Below, in pieces: positions 29,623 through 39,957 of a stretch of DNA of 64,000 bases. The stretch is taken from positions 98,594-162,593 of the forward strand of contig JAPLDI010000049.1 in the NCBI GenBank assembly GCA_026391795.1, written 5' to 3'. A program made the translations under genes and the position numbers. The notes beneath the pieces were generated by a model that was not told the DNA's origin, did no database searches, and worked only from the letters and a program-made list of their open reading frames with translations. Each line of letters begins with the position of its first letter. Within the stretch, counting starts at the first letter, position 1. The DNA is from Bacteroidota bacterium. Lineage in GTDB: Bacteria > Bacteroidota > Bacteroidia > Bacteroidales > FEN-979.

Positions 29623-29656
29623 AAAAAAGAGGTAGCCGAAAGCTGCCTCTTTTTTT
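29623..29656. terminator. Bidirectional intrinsic terminator
   Basis: AAAAAAGAGGTAGC-CGAAA-GCTGCCTCTTTTTTT between convergent genes. Confidence 0.88.
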
Positions 29657-29721
29657 ATCCTTCCCTGAACCATTAATAAAATCAGATAATACAGAAGTTT
29701 TTGTTTTATCTCAGGGCTGGA

Positions 29722-31170
29722 TCACCGGTTCAGTCCCATTTTGAAATAATTCAGGAAAAACTGGGGAAGCTGTTCTGGCCCAAGTCGTTTTGCGATGATC
29801 TCTTTCCGGCTGTTGAGGATATACATTACCGGAGTAGTGGAAACATCGTACTGATCATGATAGTCGCCGGTCAGCGTGCGGGGACCATCAACATTGATCC
29901 AGTCCATCTTTTTCTTCCTGATGGATGTTTTCCATTTGACGAGTGATGAATCGATGCAGATGGAAAATATCTTCAACCCCAGGGAATCCTTTTGTTTTTC
30001 ATAGAAATCCTTCATTTTTGGTATCTCTTCCTCGCAATGCCCGCAATCGGGCGACCAGAAAAAGATGATCAGGTAATTTGATTTGACCGAATACATTGAT
30101 ACTGGCTGGTTGTTTGTATCAAGCATAACCATGTTCGGGGCGATCTGTCCGATCAGCAGAGGCCTGAGGCGGTTGGCCTTTTTTATCAGGTTCTCCACAA
30201 CCACCGGCCGTTCCCAGGTCGCCTGATGCATGAGGTAATAGGTGTCGACTACATGTACGAAAATTTTATCAAACCCCATGATCTCTGAATTTTCTGAGTG
30301 ATAGGTGGCATACCAGACCAGGTATTTGAACATCTCCGGGTTAGGACGGGCCTTTTCAATCAGGATGTCGGTTTCCTTTATCAGGGTATCAGGGTTCTGG
30401 TAAAGGATTTTATCAAAATATTTCTTCAGTTTATTGTCAAATACCGGTGTCCGCAAAAGCCGGTCATCGGTGAAATCGGTTCCATCCCAGAAGTGTGCTT
30501 TGATGTAATGGTAAGCAAAGGTTGAATCCTTCCTCCCGTTTGGAAGTATGGGAATCTCCGGTACTTCCGGTTCACGCATGGCATTGATAAGAAATGCCAC
30601 AAAAGTAGAAGGCTGTTTCTCGGCAATATCCAGTTTGTAGCGAATAATATCCTTGCTGATGGCTTCCGACTGTTCATTGATAAGCTTGATGGAATCATTG
30701 CTGGTTTTTCCCCGGACAATGCGCTTTTGCAATGCCTGGATCTCATTGTATCTGGTTTTGTTGTATTTCAGGTAGTCATAAAACAGACGGTTATCGGGAG
30801 AACCTGTAATCACCATCTTTCCGGAAAGGTCCATCCGGTCAGTTTCCATGCTGAATTTCCTGTCGTTATTGATAATGAATTCAAAATAACTCTTATCGTT
30901 GATCACCGCCAGGTATATTCCTTTAGGGTAATCAGCACTGGCTTTAAAAGAGAACCTTCCCGCTGCGTCCACCTTTACCGTGTCTTTTACATAAGTCCCG
31001 CTGCCGTAATAAGTGGCGATAAGGCAGATCGTATCTTTCATCCCCTTTACCTGGAACCTGATCAGGTATCCGTCATTTGCCGCTTTCACCAATGTGAAAA
31101 TTGCCGGCCACAGGGTTAGAAAAAGAAGGAGAAGGACTCGTTTAAAAATTCTGATACTATTGATGTTCAT
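29722..31170 (-). CDS. Exported thioredoxin-like (TlpA/redoxin, DUF5106-type) protein
   Basis: Signal region; HFWD...DDRLLRTP; C-terminal IGQIAPN...WSPDCGHC...STTP thioredoxin fold. Confidence 0.85.
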   Translation of the reverse strand: MNINSIRIFKRVLLLLFLTLWPAIFTLVKAANDGYLIRFQVKGMKDTICLIATYYGSGTYVKDTVKVDAAGRFSFKASADYPKGIYLAVINDKSYFEFIINNDRKFSMETDRMDLSGKMVITGSPDNRLFYDYLKYNKTRYNEIQALQKRIVRGKTSNDSIKLINEQSEAISKDIIRYKLDIAEKQPSTFVAFLINAMREPEVPEIPILPNGRKDSTFAYHYIKAHFWDGTDFTDDRLLRTPVFDNKLKKYFDKILYQNPDTLIKETDILIEKARPNPEMFKYLVWYATYHSENSEIMGFDKIFVHVVDTYYLMHQATWERPVVVENLIKKANRLRPLLIGQIAPNMVMLDTNNQPVSMYSVKSNYLIIFFWSPDCGHCEEEIPKMKDFYEKQKDSLGLKIFSICIDSSLVKWKTSIRKKKMDWINVDGPRTLTGDYHDQYDVSTTPVMYILNSRKEIIAKRLGPEQLPQFFLNYFKMGLNR

Positions 31171-32704
31171 CACGGAGAAGGTCATTGATTGTTTTTACAG
31201 GGTTGAAGGTTGCCAGGGGAACTTCAACAAACAGGGTGATCCATCCCGCCATTGATCCGTTCCACAGACCAGGCAGCTCCTGGGCTTTTAATGTCCGGCC
31301 GCCACTCGATTTAACGGAGATAAAACCGGTTGTGTTATCTACAAATTCATAAAGGTTGAAAGGGTTGCCTTTATAATCCGTTGTACAGCAGACAAGGTCA
31401 ACCGGGTTGAAATGTGTGGAAGCTCCGAATACCGAGGTTTGTGCTTTATTGCTCATGTCTACCTGCGAAGATTCCACGATCTGCAGGGAGGGTGAACCAT
31501 CAGGTCCGGCAACCCAGAAAGGTCCTCCACCAGGTTCTCCTGCATTCTTTACCATGCCGCATATACGTATCGGACGATTCAGTTCAGCAGCAAGAATCCT
31601 GCATTGAGTCTCTTCAGGTTGTTTTTCAAACCCTGGCGGAAGTGATACCAGGTTGTCTGAACCTGTAAGAGTTGTTATTTCCCGGATCTCTTCTCCGGTA
31701 ATTTTTCCGGATTCACATTTCCTGAGAAAATCGAAAATAATCCTTCGTATCTGAAGCAGGTAACCGCCGATGAGCTTTTTGTTTTCCAGGGTTGCTGCTT
31801 TGATATGGTCGGGTACAATGTTGTCAATGTTTTTAATAAATATCACATCAGCCTCCAAGTCATTCAGGTTTGACAGGAGTGCCCCGTGTCCGGCAGGCCT
31901 GAAAAGAAGTTTTCCATCAGGGTTCCTGAAGGGAGTGTTGGCTTCATCAACTGCGAGGGTATCGGTTGATGATTTTTGAACAGAATGGCTGATGTTGAGA
32001 CGAGTATGGAAGCGGGACTCATATTTTTCCCTGACAGAAAGGACCTTTTCATTAAACTTTTCAATGTGCTCGGGGGAGATGGTGAAATGAATTTTTGAAA
32101 CTTCATTCCGGTCGCGGGTGTAGTTTGCTGATTCAACCAGGTGCTCTTCCAGTGCAGTTCTCGGACCGTCTTCATAAGCATGAAACAGGAGCAAGGCCTT
32201 TGGCAATGAGGCATAGTTCAATCCTTTTCCTGTGAGTAGATGATCGAGGATTGGGGCCAGTTCCCGCTTTGCCAAGAGGGTTTCAATCTCAGTTCCGCCG
32301 CTCTTAACAGAGTGCGCAAGGTCATTAAAAAATGCAAAACGGGTAAGGTTCAGAAAAAAGTTAGAGGCTGAATTGAAGCCTGTGTCAGACAAGCACACTT
32401 CAGCAAGTTCATTGTTATCTCTCATTGCCTCCCGCAATTCGAACAGATGCTTGAACATCCTGCTGGCAGCTCCTGAAGCAGGAACAAATTTTAAGACCCG
32501 CAGGTCAGGGGATTGCTCCTCATAGAGTTTTACCAGCTCATTTTTTTTCTCCAGGCTGAATGTGATGATCCCGTCATTCAATATGGCTGGCCGGATAAGC
32601 CGGATAAAAGGAAATCCCGTCCGAAAATTATTCAACTGGTTTTCAATCATTTTCAGCGGTATTCCTTTTTCTTCGATCTGATAAAGATCGGCCGGTTGCA
32701 ACAT
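31157..32704 (-). CDS. DUF4301 family protein
   Basis: KFVPASGAASRMFK, FRPAGHGALL, KNIDN, GEPGGGPFW, ELPGLWNG. Confidence 0.9.
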   Translation of the reverse strand: MLQPADLYQIEEKGIPLKMIENQLNNFRTGFPFIRLIRPAILNDGIITFSLEKKNELVKLYEEQSPDLRVLKFVPASGAASRMFKHLFELREAMRDNNELAEVCLSDTGFNSASNFFLNLTRFAFFNDLAHSVKSGGTEIETLLAKRELAPILDHLLTGKGLNYASLPKALLLFHAYEDGPRTALEEHLVESANYTRDRNEVSKIHFTISPEHIEKFNEKVLSVREKYESRFHTRLNISHSVQKSSTDTLAVDEANTPFRNPDGKLLFRPAGHGALLSNLNDLEADVIFIKNIDNIVPDHIKAATLENKKLIGGYLLQIRRIIFDFLRKCESGKITGEEIREITTLTGSDNLVSLPPGFEKQPEETQCRILAAELNRPIRICGMVKNAGEPGGGPFWVAGPDGSPSLQIVESSQVDMSNKAQTSVFGASTHFNPVDLVCCTTDYKGNPFNLYEFVDNTTGFISVKSSGGRTLKAQELPGLWNGSMAGWITLFVEVPLATFNPVKTINDLLRDEHQ

Positions 32705-32746
32705 GACCCTGAATTTTTAATAACTTTGACAAAATTATCGTAAAAA

Positions 32747-34420
32747 ATGAAGCAGATTGTAACCACGGTATTATTTTTCCTTGTGATTATGGGTTTTTCA
32801 CAGATACCACAGAAATATTTCGTTGCTTTCACTGATAAAAACGGAACTCCTTATTCAATCAATAATCCGCAGGCTTTCCTTACGCAAAGGGCCATCGATA
32901 GGAGGGCAGCTCAGGGAATTGCGGTTGTTGAAGAGGATTTACCGGTAAACCCGGCCTATGTGAATGCAGTCGCAGCTACGGGTGTCCAGGTTTTTACAGT
33001 GAGCAAATGGTTTAACGGAGTCACCATTAGGGTTGTCGACACTGCGGTATTGGCTTCGATAAGGGCACTTCCGTATGTTCAAAACATCCTGAGGGTTTCT
33101 TCCTACAATTCGAAAAAATCCACAGTGGGTGACTGGAAATTCAGACAGGAAGAAGGATTAAACGCGTCAGGAGGGAAGAACGGCAGCAAGTCTCCAAATA
33201 CTCCAACCTCCTATGATTACGGCCCCTCCTATAATCAGATCCATATGCTTAACGGGGATGTCCTGCATAACCTTGGATACCGCGGACAAGGTAAGGTCAT
33301 TGCAGTTCTGGATGCAGGGTTTCTTGATGCCGATAACAATGCTACTTTCGATAGTCTCAGGGCATTTAGCCAGATTCTTGGTACCCGTGATTTCGTTAAC
33401 CCGGGTGGCAATGTCTACTTAGAGCATTACCATGGAGCTGCTGTATTGTCTACGATGGGAGGAAATACGCCCGGCGAACTGATCGGAACCGCCCCTAAGG
33501 CATCTTACTGGTTGATCAGGACTGAAGATGCAAATACAGAAAATATTGTCGAAGAATATAACTGGGTTGTGGGAGCGGAAATGGCCGACAGCGTTGGTGC
33601 TGATATTATCAACTCATCACTCGGATATACCTTGTTTGACAACGACTGGATGGATCATTCCTTTGCTGATATGAACGGACATACTACTCCCTCGGCAAGG
33701 GGTGCCAACATAGCAGCCAGCAAAGGAATGGCGCTCAGTATCAGTGCCGGAAATGAAGGCGGTTCAGCCTGGATCACTATAAGCGCACCATCCGATGCGC
33801 TGGATGCATTGAGCATTGGCGCTGTTGATGAGTTTGGCAATTATGCCTCTTTCAGTTCTGCTGGTACCGTCAACGGAGGTTTTGTGAAGCCCAATATCGC
33901 TACCCAGGGTATGAATTGTTACGTGGGTTATCCCGGCGGTTCTTTTGGGTATGGCAGCGGGACTTCGTTTGCTTCGCCTATTAATGCAGGCATGATGGCC
34001 TGTTTATGGCAGGCAAAACCCAACTTTAACCAGTCTGTCCTCAGGATGGTCATTCAGCAGAGTGCAAGCCAATTTACACATCCGGATTCCCTTCTGGGAT
34101 ATGGAATTCCTGATTATTCGTATGCGCTCCTTCTAACTTCAGCGGGCACTCGCGGAAAATCCAGCTGTATGGCGTATCCGAATCCTTTTACAGATGCCTT
34201 TAAAATAAGCTTTGATGGCAATACAACGGGTACTGCAGAAATCACCCTTTTTTCTCTGACCGGAGACATCGTCCTGAGAACAAACAGGTTAGTTAACACA
34301 GAGGCAGGAGATAGCATTACCATAAATGATCTTGTTAACCTTGCACCGGGTATGTATATCATAAGAATCACTTCGGGAAATAACACAGAGTATCTTCACC
34401 TTGTGAAAGTCGCGAAATAG
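32747..34420 (+). CDS. S8 subtilisin-family serine peptidase with T9SS C-terminal domain
   Basis: Catalytic triad IAVLDAG / HG / GTSFASP; oxyanion SAGNEG; AYPNPF C-terminal domain. Confidence 0.93.
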   Translation: MKQIVTTVLFFLVIMGFSQIPQKYFVAFTDKNGTPYSINNPQAFLTQRAIDRRAAQGIAVVEEDLPVNPAYVNAVAATGVQVFTVSKWFNGVTIRVVDTAVLASIRALPYVQNILRVSSYNSKKSTVGDWKFRQEEGLNASGGKNGSKSPNTPTSYDYGPSYNQIHMLNGDVLHNLGYRGQGKVIAVLDAGFLDADNNATFDSLRAFSQILGTRDFVNPGGNVYLEHYHGAAVLSTMGGNTPGELIGTAPKASYWLIRTEDANTENIVEEYNWVVGAEMADSVGADIINSSLGYTLFDNDWMDHSFADMNGHTTPSARGANIAASKGMALSISAGNEGGSAWITISAPSDALDALSIGAVDEFGNYASFSSAGTVNGGFVKPNIATQGMNCYVGYPGGSFGYGSGTSFASPINAGMMACLWQAKPNFNQSVLRMVIQQSASQFTHPDSLLGYGIPDYSYALLLTSAGTRGKSSCMAYPNPFTDAFKISFDGNTTGTAEITLFSLTGDIVLRTNRLVNTEAGDSITINDLVNLAPGMYIIRITSGNNTEYLHLVKVAK

Positions 34421-34451
34421 GAAAAACGGCTGGTGAAAGAGCCGCTTTTCC
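34421..34451 (+). terminator. Probable intrinsic terminator
   Basis: GAAAAACGGCT...AGCCGCTTTTC right after the S8 stop. Confidence 0.55.
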
Positions 34452-34474
34452 TGCTTTCAGATAATACCTCAAAC

Positions 34475-35229
34475 TTAATTGTTGCACACGAGTGTACCAT
34501 CTTCCTTGAGCCTGACATATTTATGCTTTGGTCATTGAACAGGTAGATTGTATACTGCAGCCTTGTATCGGCCATGGTAAAGAGTTCACCCCTGTCGCAA
34601 ACCTGGTAGGCAGCGAAGTTAGCGGTAATGTAATCTTTTACTGCTTGCAGTACTTCAGTATACCGGATTCTTTGTGCCCATAACAGCTAATTGTTGAAAA
34701 CATCGAAAACCGCTTTCTTTGGTTCCGCTCCCAGCATCCCAGGCATTACCACAATCATGGGACCTTCCGGACAAATTGAATCCGGTACAGCGTGCCGGAT
34801 CGTATACCCCGGAAATTTGTTGTGTTAAGGAAGTAATCGTTACAGACATGGAATCAATCGGGGTCCCATGTCCGGGGCCGCCGTTATGACCTCCTCCATG
34901 ATGACCGTGACCTCATGTGTGGTATCCCCGCAGATGGTGTTACCATCAGGTGGCCCTCCATTGAAATTCAATCCGTCGCCGAGAAAATCACCATTCTGCG
35001 TAAAAGCAAGTTCTTCAGCAGTATTTAGTGTCACAATATACCTGGCGTTGCTGTTTTTCAGCACCACAACGTAATCAATGCTTGCGTCAGGATAATTGCT
35101 GTCGATGTAAGCAGTAGCCATCAGCGGAAGGCTTACTGACGATGTCGACTGTGTTGATGTGGTTTGATCCTTTTTACAGGCAGTCATTCCTGCAACAATG
35201 ACCAGCATAAAAATCATGATCTTCTTCAT
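34475..35229 (-). pseudogene. Decayed lipoprotein with PepSY-like repeats and a His/Gly-rich linker
   Basis: MKKIMIFMLVIVAGMTAC lipobox; repeated (Y)I..N(Y/F) units continue in other frames after at least 3 frameshifts and one in-frame TAG, ending ...KEDGTLVCNN* at 34475. Confidence 0.7.
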
Positions 35230-35511
35230 AAGTACCTGTATTTTTGTTTTTACCTGCATTATCGCATTCCGGTATTGCGTCCTTCTCACTCAGGATTAAA
35301 AAAACGGAAGTACAGTTTTTTCAAAAGCAGTTTATTATTACTCTTTTTCTAAAATCCAGTTTCTGACAATTGATTGCCTGATGAGAAAATTATTTTGTAA
35401 TTCATTTCTACCCAGAGGAGGGGCGACCGGTTTTGAAGAATCTGTCCTTATACACAATTCATCTCCCGTTTATCTTCTGAATTGGATACAATTAAAAAAT
35501 CATTTCCAATA

Positions 35512-36152
35512 ATACAAATGTTACAAATGTCAATTGTAAACAATTCGAATTACAGAAGTAATATATACATCATTCCGGATTAATATTAACTCCCAGATTC
35601 ATTTGAACTTAAACATAGATCTTTGTAATACATTGTTTTAATGATACTTTTAAAAAAATCGTTCATTGTCCTGGTTAGCTATAATAGATCATTAAAGGAA
35701 GGTCTAAATGGAGTAAGGATGATTTGCTACAACGATAAACCCAAAGTGTAATCACTTATGGTTACAAATGTAATTACTATTGTAACCATAATTATTTCCA
35801 ATGAAGTCAGGGGATGGAGTCAATAATTAATTATTAACACTTTTAATTTTAAGGAGTTAAATATATTTTGACTTCAACTGCAAGAGGTACAATCTAATTA
35901 GCAGGGATAGGAGTGTTAGGCAGCCTTATTATAGAATAACCTGCCTGAAAAGGTCAATGAGCAGATAAGCAAATGGATAGAGCATGTTTTGTCGGAAATG
36001 GACGGATGTAAACAAAGATTATTAATTATTTATAAATAATTTATAACCAAATCAATACCATGATTATTTAAAGTAATAGTTTAATAATTTAAATTTGTAT
36101 ACATTATTAAATGTAAACTTGAGTATTTCGGTTTAGTTTGTTACTTTTGTTA
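35512..36152. promoter_or_regulatory. AT-rich region with an array of TTAC-N4-GTAA palindromes
   Basis: Exact or near matches at 35512, 35521, 35550, 35762, 35774 and 36141; the last overlaps the TACTTTTG -7 box of the XRE gene. Confidence 0.6.
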
Positions 36153-36168
36153 TCTTATTTTTCCAAAA

Positions 36169-36684
36169 ATGACTGACAGGATTCTTTCCATAATTAAATA
36201 CTTTAACTTGTCACCCTCTGATTTTGCAGAAGAAATCGGGGTACAACGATCGAGTATATCCCACCTCATATCAGGACGAAATAAACCGAGTCTTGAATTC
36301 ATTCAGAAAATATTGCAACGTTTTCCTGAGATCAATTCTGAGTGGATGCTGAGTGGAAATGGTGAAATGGTTAAAGCCGGACTGTCCCCGCAACCGGGTA
36401 CTCTGCCCTTTGAAAGCTTATCTGGGAAATTAAATGAAGAAACGGAACCTGTGAAACGTGAATTTATCAAGCCTCCTGCACGAAAAAAACTTGCCGAGAC
36501 GGAAGAAAGACAGGTCGAAAAGAGGACAGTTCCAGGCTTGAGAAGAAGAAGTTTCCTTCAATCGCGGCATTTTCATTGCTATCTGAACCATGAACGGCAT
36601 TCTCCTGAACATTTTTTGCATACTTTTTCCGGATGGTTCCTTCCGCCGCCTTTGCAGGATCTGTCGCCCCAATTAAGGTTCTGA
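36169..36684 (+). CDS. XRE/Cro-C1 HTH regulator; native sequence probably ends near 36522 and then reads into antisense ndk
   Basis: [31 protein letters not shown]...[13 protein letters not shown]. Confidence 0.85.
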   Translation: MTDRILSIIKYFNLSPSDFAEEIGVQRSSISHLISGRNKPSLEFIQKILQRFPEINSEWMLSGNGEMVKAGLSPQPGTLPFESLSGKLNEETEPVKREFIKPPARKKLAETEERQVEKRTVPGLRRRSFLQSRHFHCYLNHERHSPEHFLHTFSGWFLPPPLQDLSPQLRF

Positions 36685-36940
36685 AATCCTCCACTGCATT
36701 GTTCTTTTCGAGGATGGCAGCAATGATAGGTCCAGAGGACATAAAGCCTACCAGGTCATTATAGAACGGACGCTCCTTATGCACTTCATAAAATTTACCA
36801 GCCTGTTGCGCGGTCAGTTGTGTCATCTTCATGGCAACGATCCGGAATCCTGCTTCCTGGATCATTGCAAGGATGGCTCCTGCAACTCCATCGGCCACAG
36901 TACTGGGTTTGATCATCGTAAAAGTTCTCATTTCAGACAT
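36467..36940 (-). CDS. ndk: Nucleoside diphosphate kinase with aberrant C-terminal read-through
   Basis: [31 protein letters not shown]; ~17 extra residues after FFSSLEL. Confidence 0.95.
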   Translation of the reverse strand: MSEMRTFTMIKPSTVADGVAGAILAMIQEAGFRIVAMKMTQLTAQQAGKFYEVHKERPFYNDLVGFMSSGPIIAAILEKNNAVEDFRTLIGATDPAKAAEGTIRKKYAKNVQENAVHGSDSNENAAIEGNFFFSSLELSSFRPVFLPSRQVFFVQEA

Positions 36941-37033
36941 GGTTGAGATGTTAATTATTTCCTGTTTTGGAGCGCAAAATTACGAAATACCGATGAATTC
37001 TTTAACTTTGTTGCCTTATCTGAAATAAAGCAC

Positions 37034-38053
37034 TTGCAAAAAGAAGAACTCACTAACATTATCAACCTTCTCTCTACACCAAGGAAGATTGTAATTACTG
37101 CACATACCAATCCCGACGGGGATGCAATCGGTTCCGGACTGGCCATGTATGGTTATCTTCAAAAGAAAGGACATGATGTCATGTTCATGATACCGGATCC
37201 GGATCCTGAATTTCTGCACTGGATGCCTTTTCACTCCTTGATCATGGTTTACCGCGATCAGCAGGAGTTGTGCCTTGAAGCTATAAAAAAGGCGGAGGTC
37301 ATATTTTGTCTGGATTATAATAGTCTTGGGCGCCTGGGCAGAGCCGAAGAACCTGTTCGAAACAGCAACGCTGCTAAGATCCTGATTGATCATCACCGGG
37401 ATCCTGCTCCTGATTTTGATTATATTCTTTCAATTATTGAAACCTCCTCGACCAGTGAGCTTGTCTATGATTTTATTTCGGCATGCGGGGATGCAGAAAT
37501 GATCGATCAAGATATTGCTGCTTGTATCTATGCGGGTATCATCACCGATACAGGATCATTCAGTTATTCCTGCAACTACGAGAAAACCTACCTGATCACT
37601 GCCGATCTTTACCGTAAAGGCATTGATGGAGAACACATCCACCGGCATGTTTACGATACATACTCCGAAGGCCGGCTCAGGCTACTGGGGTATTCTATCA
37701 GTGAAAAACTTGTTGTTCTGAAGGAATATCACACGGCTTACATTTATCTTTCCAAGGAGGATCTCGACCGGTTTAACTACCAGGTTGGTGACACCGAAGA
37801 CATTGTAAACTATGGCCTGTCAGTGGCCGGGATAAATCTTGCCGCACTTTTCACTGAGCGGGATGGTGTCGTAAGGATTTCACTTCGTTCAAAGGGAAAT
37901 TTCTCTGTGAATGATATTGCCCGTAAGTATTTTAACGGCGGGGGGCATGTCAACGCTGCCGGTGCCAACAGTACAATATCCCTGGAAGAGACTGTGCGCA
38001 TCTTCGTGGAAATGCTGCCGGATTACAAGGAAAAGCTAACGTCAGTGTATTGA
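37034..38053 (+). CDS. nrnA: DHH/DHHA1 oligoribonuclease / pAp phosphatase
   Basis: HTNPDGDAIGS, IDHH, TDTGSF, SLRSKG, GGGHVNAAG. Confidence 0.92.
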   Translation: MQKEELTNIINLLSTPRKIVITAHTNPDGDAIGSGLAMYGYLQKKGHDVMFMIPDPDPEFLHWMPFHSLIMVYRDQQELCLEAIKKAEVIFCLDYNSLGRLGRAEEPVRNSNAAKILIDHHRDPAPDFDYILSIIETSSTSELVYDFISACGDAEMIDQDIAACIYAGIITDTGSFSYSCNYEKTYLITADLYRKGIDGEHIHRHVYDTYSEGRLRLLGYSISEKLVVLKEYHTAYIYLSKEDLDRFNYQVGDTEDIVNYGLSVAGINLAALFTERDGVVRISLRSKGNFSVNDIARKYFNGGGHVNAAGANSTISLEETVRIFVEMLPDYKEKLTSVY

Positions 38054-38604
38054 TGTCTCCTTTAGTTTGCATTCAAAAGTATTCACCAGCCCGGGCGATC
38101 TTTATTTTGCTGTCGCTGCTGTTGATTTCATGCAGTGAACAACCACAGCCATCGAGATCCACCAGGAATCTTAGCATGATGAGTGACAGCCTGGTAAATT
38201 TCAATCGTGCGGTCATTTTATCAGAGAATCAGCAGATCGAGGATTTTGTTGGCCGCTATGGGTGGAAGATGCAAAAAACGGGTACAGGCCTCCGATACCT
38301 TATTTTCAAAAAAGGAGAGGGAATAAAGGCGGAAAAAGGGAAAGTGGCCGTGATCAGGTATACTTTGCGTCTACTGAATGGAAATCTAATTTATAGTTCT
38401 GAAAAAAGTGGATTGAAGGAATTCAAGATCGGCTATGGTGGCGTCGAAAGTGGGGTAGAGGAAGGAATTTTGTTTATGCAGGTTGGTGACCGAGCGAAAT
38501 TTATAGTACCTTCGCACCTCGCTTTCGGGTTACTGGGCGATCAGAACAAGATTCCACAACGTGCAACTCTTGTCTATGATATCGAACTGGTAAAATTAAA
38601 ATAA
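38053..38604 (+). CDS. FKBP-type peptidyl-prolyl isomerase lipoprotein (GldI-like)
   Basis: Lipobox LISC; TGLRY, PSHLAFG...IP..ATLVYDIEL. Confidence 0.85.
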   Translation: MSPLVCIQKYSPARAIFILLSLLLISCSEQPQPSRSTRNLSMMSDSLVNFNRAVILSENQQIEDFVGRYGWKMQKTGTGLRYLIFKKGEGIKAEKGKVAVIRYTLRLLNGNLIYSSEKSGLKEFKIGYGGVESGVEEGILFMQVGDRAKFIVPSHLAFGLLGDQNKIPQRATLVYDIELVKLK

Positions 38605-38629
38605 CGTTAACAAAAACAATTTATTCATT

Positions 38630-39946
38630 ATGAAAAAAACATTCTTCAAGCTGTTGGCACTGGTAATGATTGTTGCAGTTGCTGGATCATGTACCTCAAA
38701 GTATCCCGGGTTCAAGAAATCTGATTCCGGGCTATACTATAAACTATACAGCGTAAGCAAAGACACCGTAAAACCGAAACTTAAGGATTGGATCGCTATG
38801 GAGTACAAGCTGGTGGTTAAATCCAAAGGAAAGGACAGCACTTTTATTGATAGCAGGAAATCCCAGCAAGGACCTTTACGGATGCAGTTACCTCCTTCCG
38901 ATTACAAAGGCGATATTTATGAGGGTATGCGTATGCTTGCTGCAGGCGATAGTGGTGAGTTCATCGTCAATGCTGACTCGCTTTTCAGGAAAACGTTCCG
39001 TCAGGGAGCCCGTCCCCCTTATATCGACAGCAATTCAGTAGCGACGTTCTTCATTCATATGGTTAGCGTTAGTTCTCCGGAAGCAATGCAGAAGAAGGAA
39101 AAGGAGACATTGGCTAAATTTATTGCCGATAACAAGATCACAGTGACACCAAAAGCTTCCGGACTCTATTATATTCCGGAAACGGAAGGAAAAGGAGTTA
39201 AAATTGATTCCGGATGCCAAGTCGTTTATAATGTGAAGATCTCTACCATCGAAGGTAAGCAGGTATTTGCCCAGGACAGTATGAAATTTGTGTTTGGCAA
39301 ACGCCCGGATATGCGCGGTTTCGTTGAAGGAATCCAATTGATGACAAAAGGAGGGAAAGCCCGCCTGATCCTTCCGTCAGAACTTGCTTTCGGGGAACGC
39401 GGATACCGAGAAATTCCTCCCTATACTTCGATCATTTATGATATTAAGGTGCTTGATGTGAAATCAAAAGCTGATTATTCCAAGATTGAAGCGGCCGAGA
39501 AGAAGAAACAGGAAGCTGAGAAAAAGAAGCAGGATGAAAAGAAAGCAGGCGCAAAAAAAGCAGAGGCAGGTCTTCGACAGAAATACCTGAAAGATCATAA
39601 AATCACTGCAACGCCCACCGCCAGTGGCCTGTATTATATTGAGACCGCAAAAGGAACCGGCCCTAAGGTAAAAGCAGGCAGCAAAGTAAGTGTTCATTAT
39701 ACAGGAACCTTGCTTGACGGAAAGAAATTTGATTCTTCCCGCGACCATGGTGGAAAGCCTTTCGAACTCGAAGTAGGGAAAGGAAATGTGATCAAAGGTT
39801 GGGATGAAGGACTTCAGTTGATGAGCAAAGGCGGAAAGGCTATCCTTATCGTTCCGTCATCGATCGGCTATGGTGCGCAGGACATGGGCTCCATACCGGC
39901 ATATTCAACACTGGTATTCGACATTGAAGTGCTGGATGTAAAATAG
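38630..39946 (+). CDS. Multi-domain FKBP-type PPIase lipoprotein
   Basis: Lipobox AGSC; three SGLYY-led FKBP-like units; last one canonical (VHYTG..FDSS..VIKGWDEG). Confidence 0.9.
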   Translation: MKKTFFKLLALVMIVAVAGSCTSKYPGFKKSDSGLYYKLYSVSKDTVKPKLKDWIAMEYKLVVKSKGKDSTFIDSRKSQQGPLRMQLPPSDYKGDIYEGMRMLAAGDSGEFIVNADSLFRKTFRQGARPPYIDSNSVATFFIHMVSVSSPEAMQKKEKETLAKFIADNKITVTPKASGLYYIPETEGKGVKIDSGCQVVYNVKISTIEGKQVFAQDSMKFVFGKRPDMRGFVEGIQLMTKGGKARLILPSELAFGERGYREIPPYTSIIYDIKVLDVKSKADYSKIEAAEKKKQEAEKKKQDEKKAGAKKAEAGLRQKYLKDHKITATPTASGLYYIETAKGTGPKVKAGSKVSVHYTGTLLDGKKFDSSRDHGGKPFELEVGKGNVIKGWDEGLQLMSKGGKAILIVPSSIGYGAQDMGSIPAYSTLVFDIEVLDVK

Positions 39947-39957
39947 TCCGCAGAAAA

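Noticed and set aside
36169..36684. XRE gene as a prophage or ICE repressor
   Set aside because: No integrase, phage or conjugation genes; flanked by core genes
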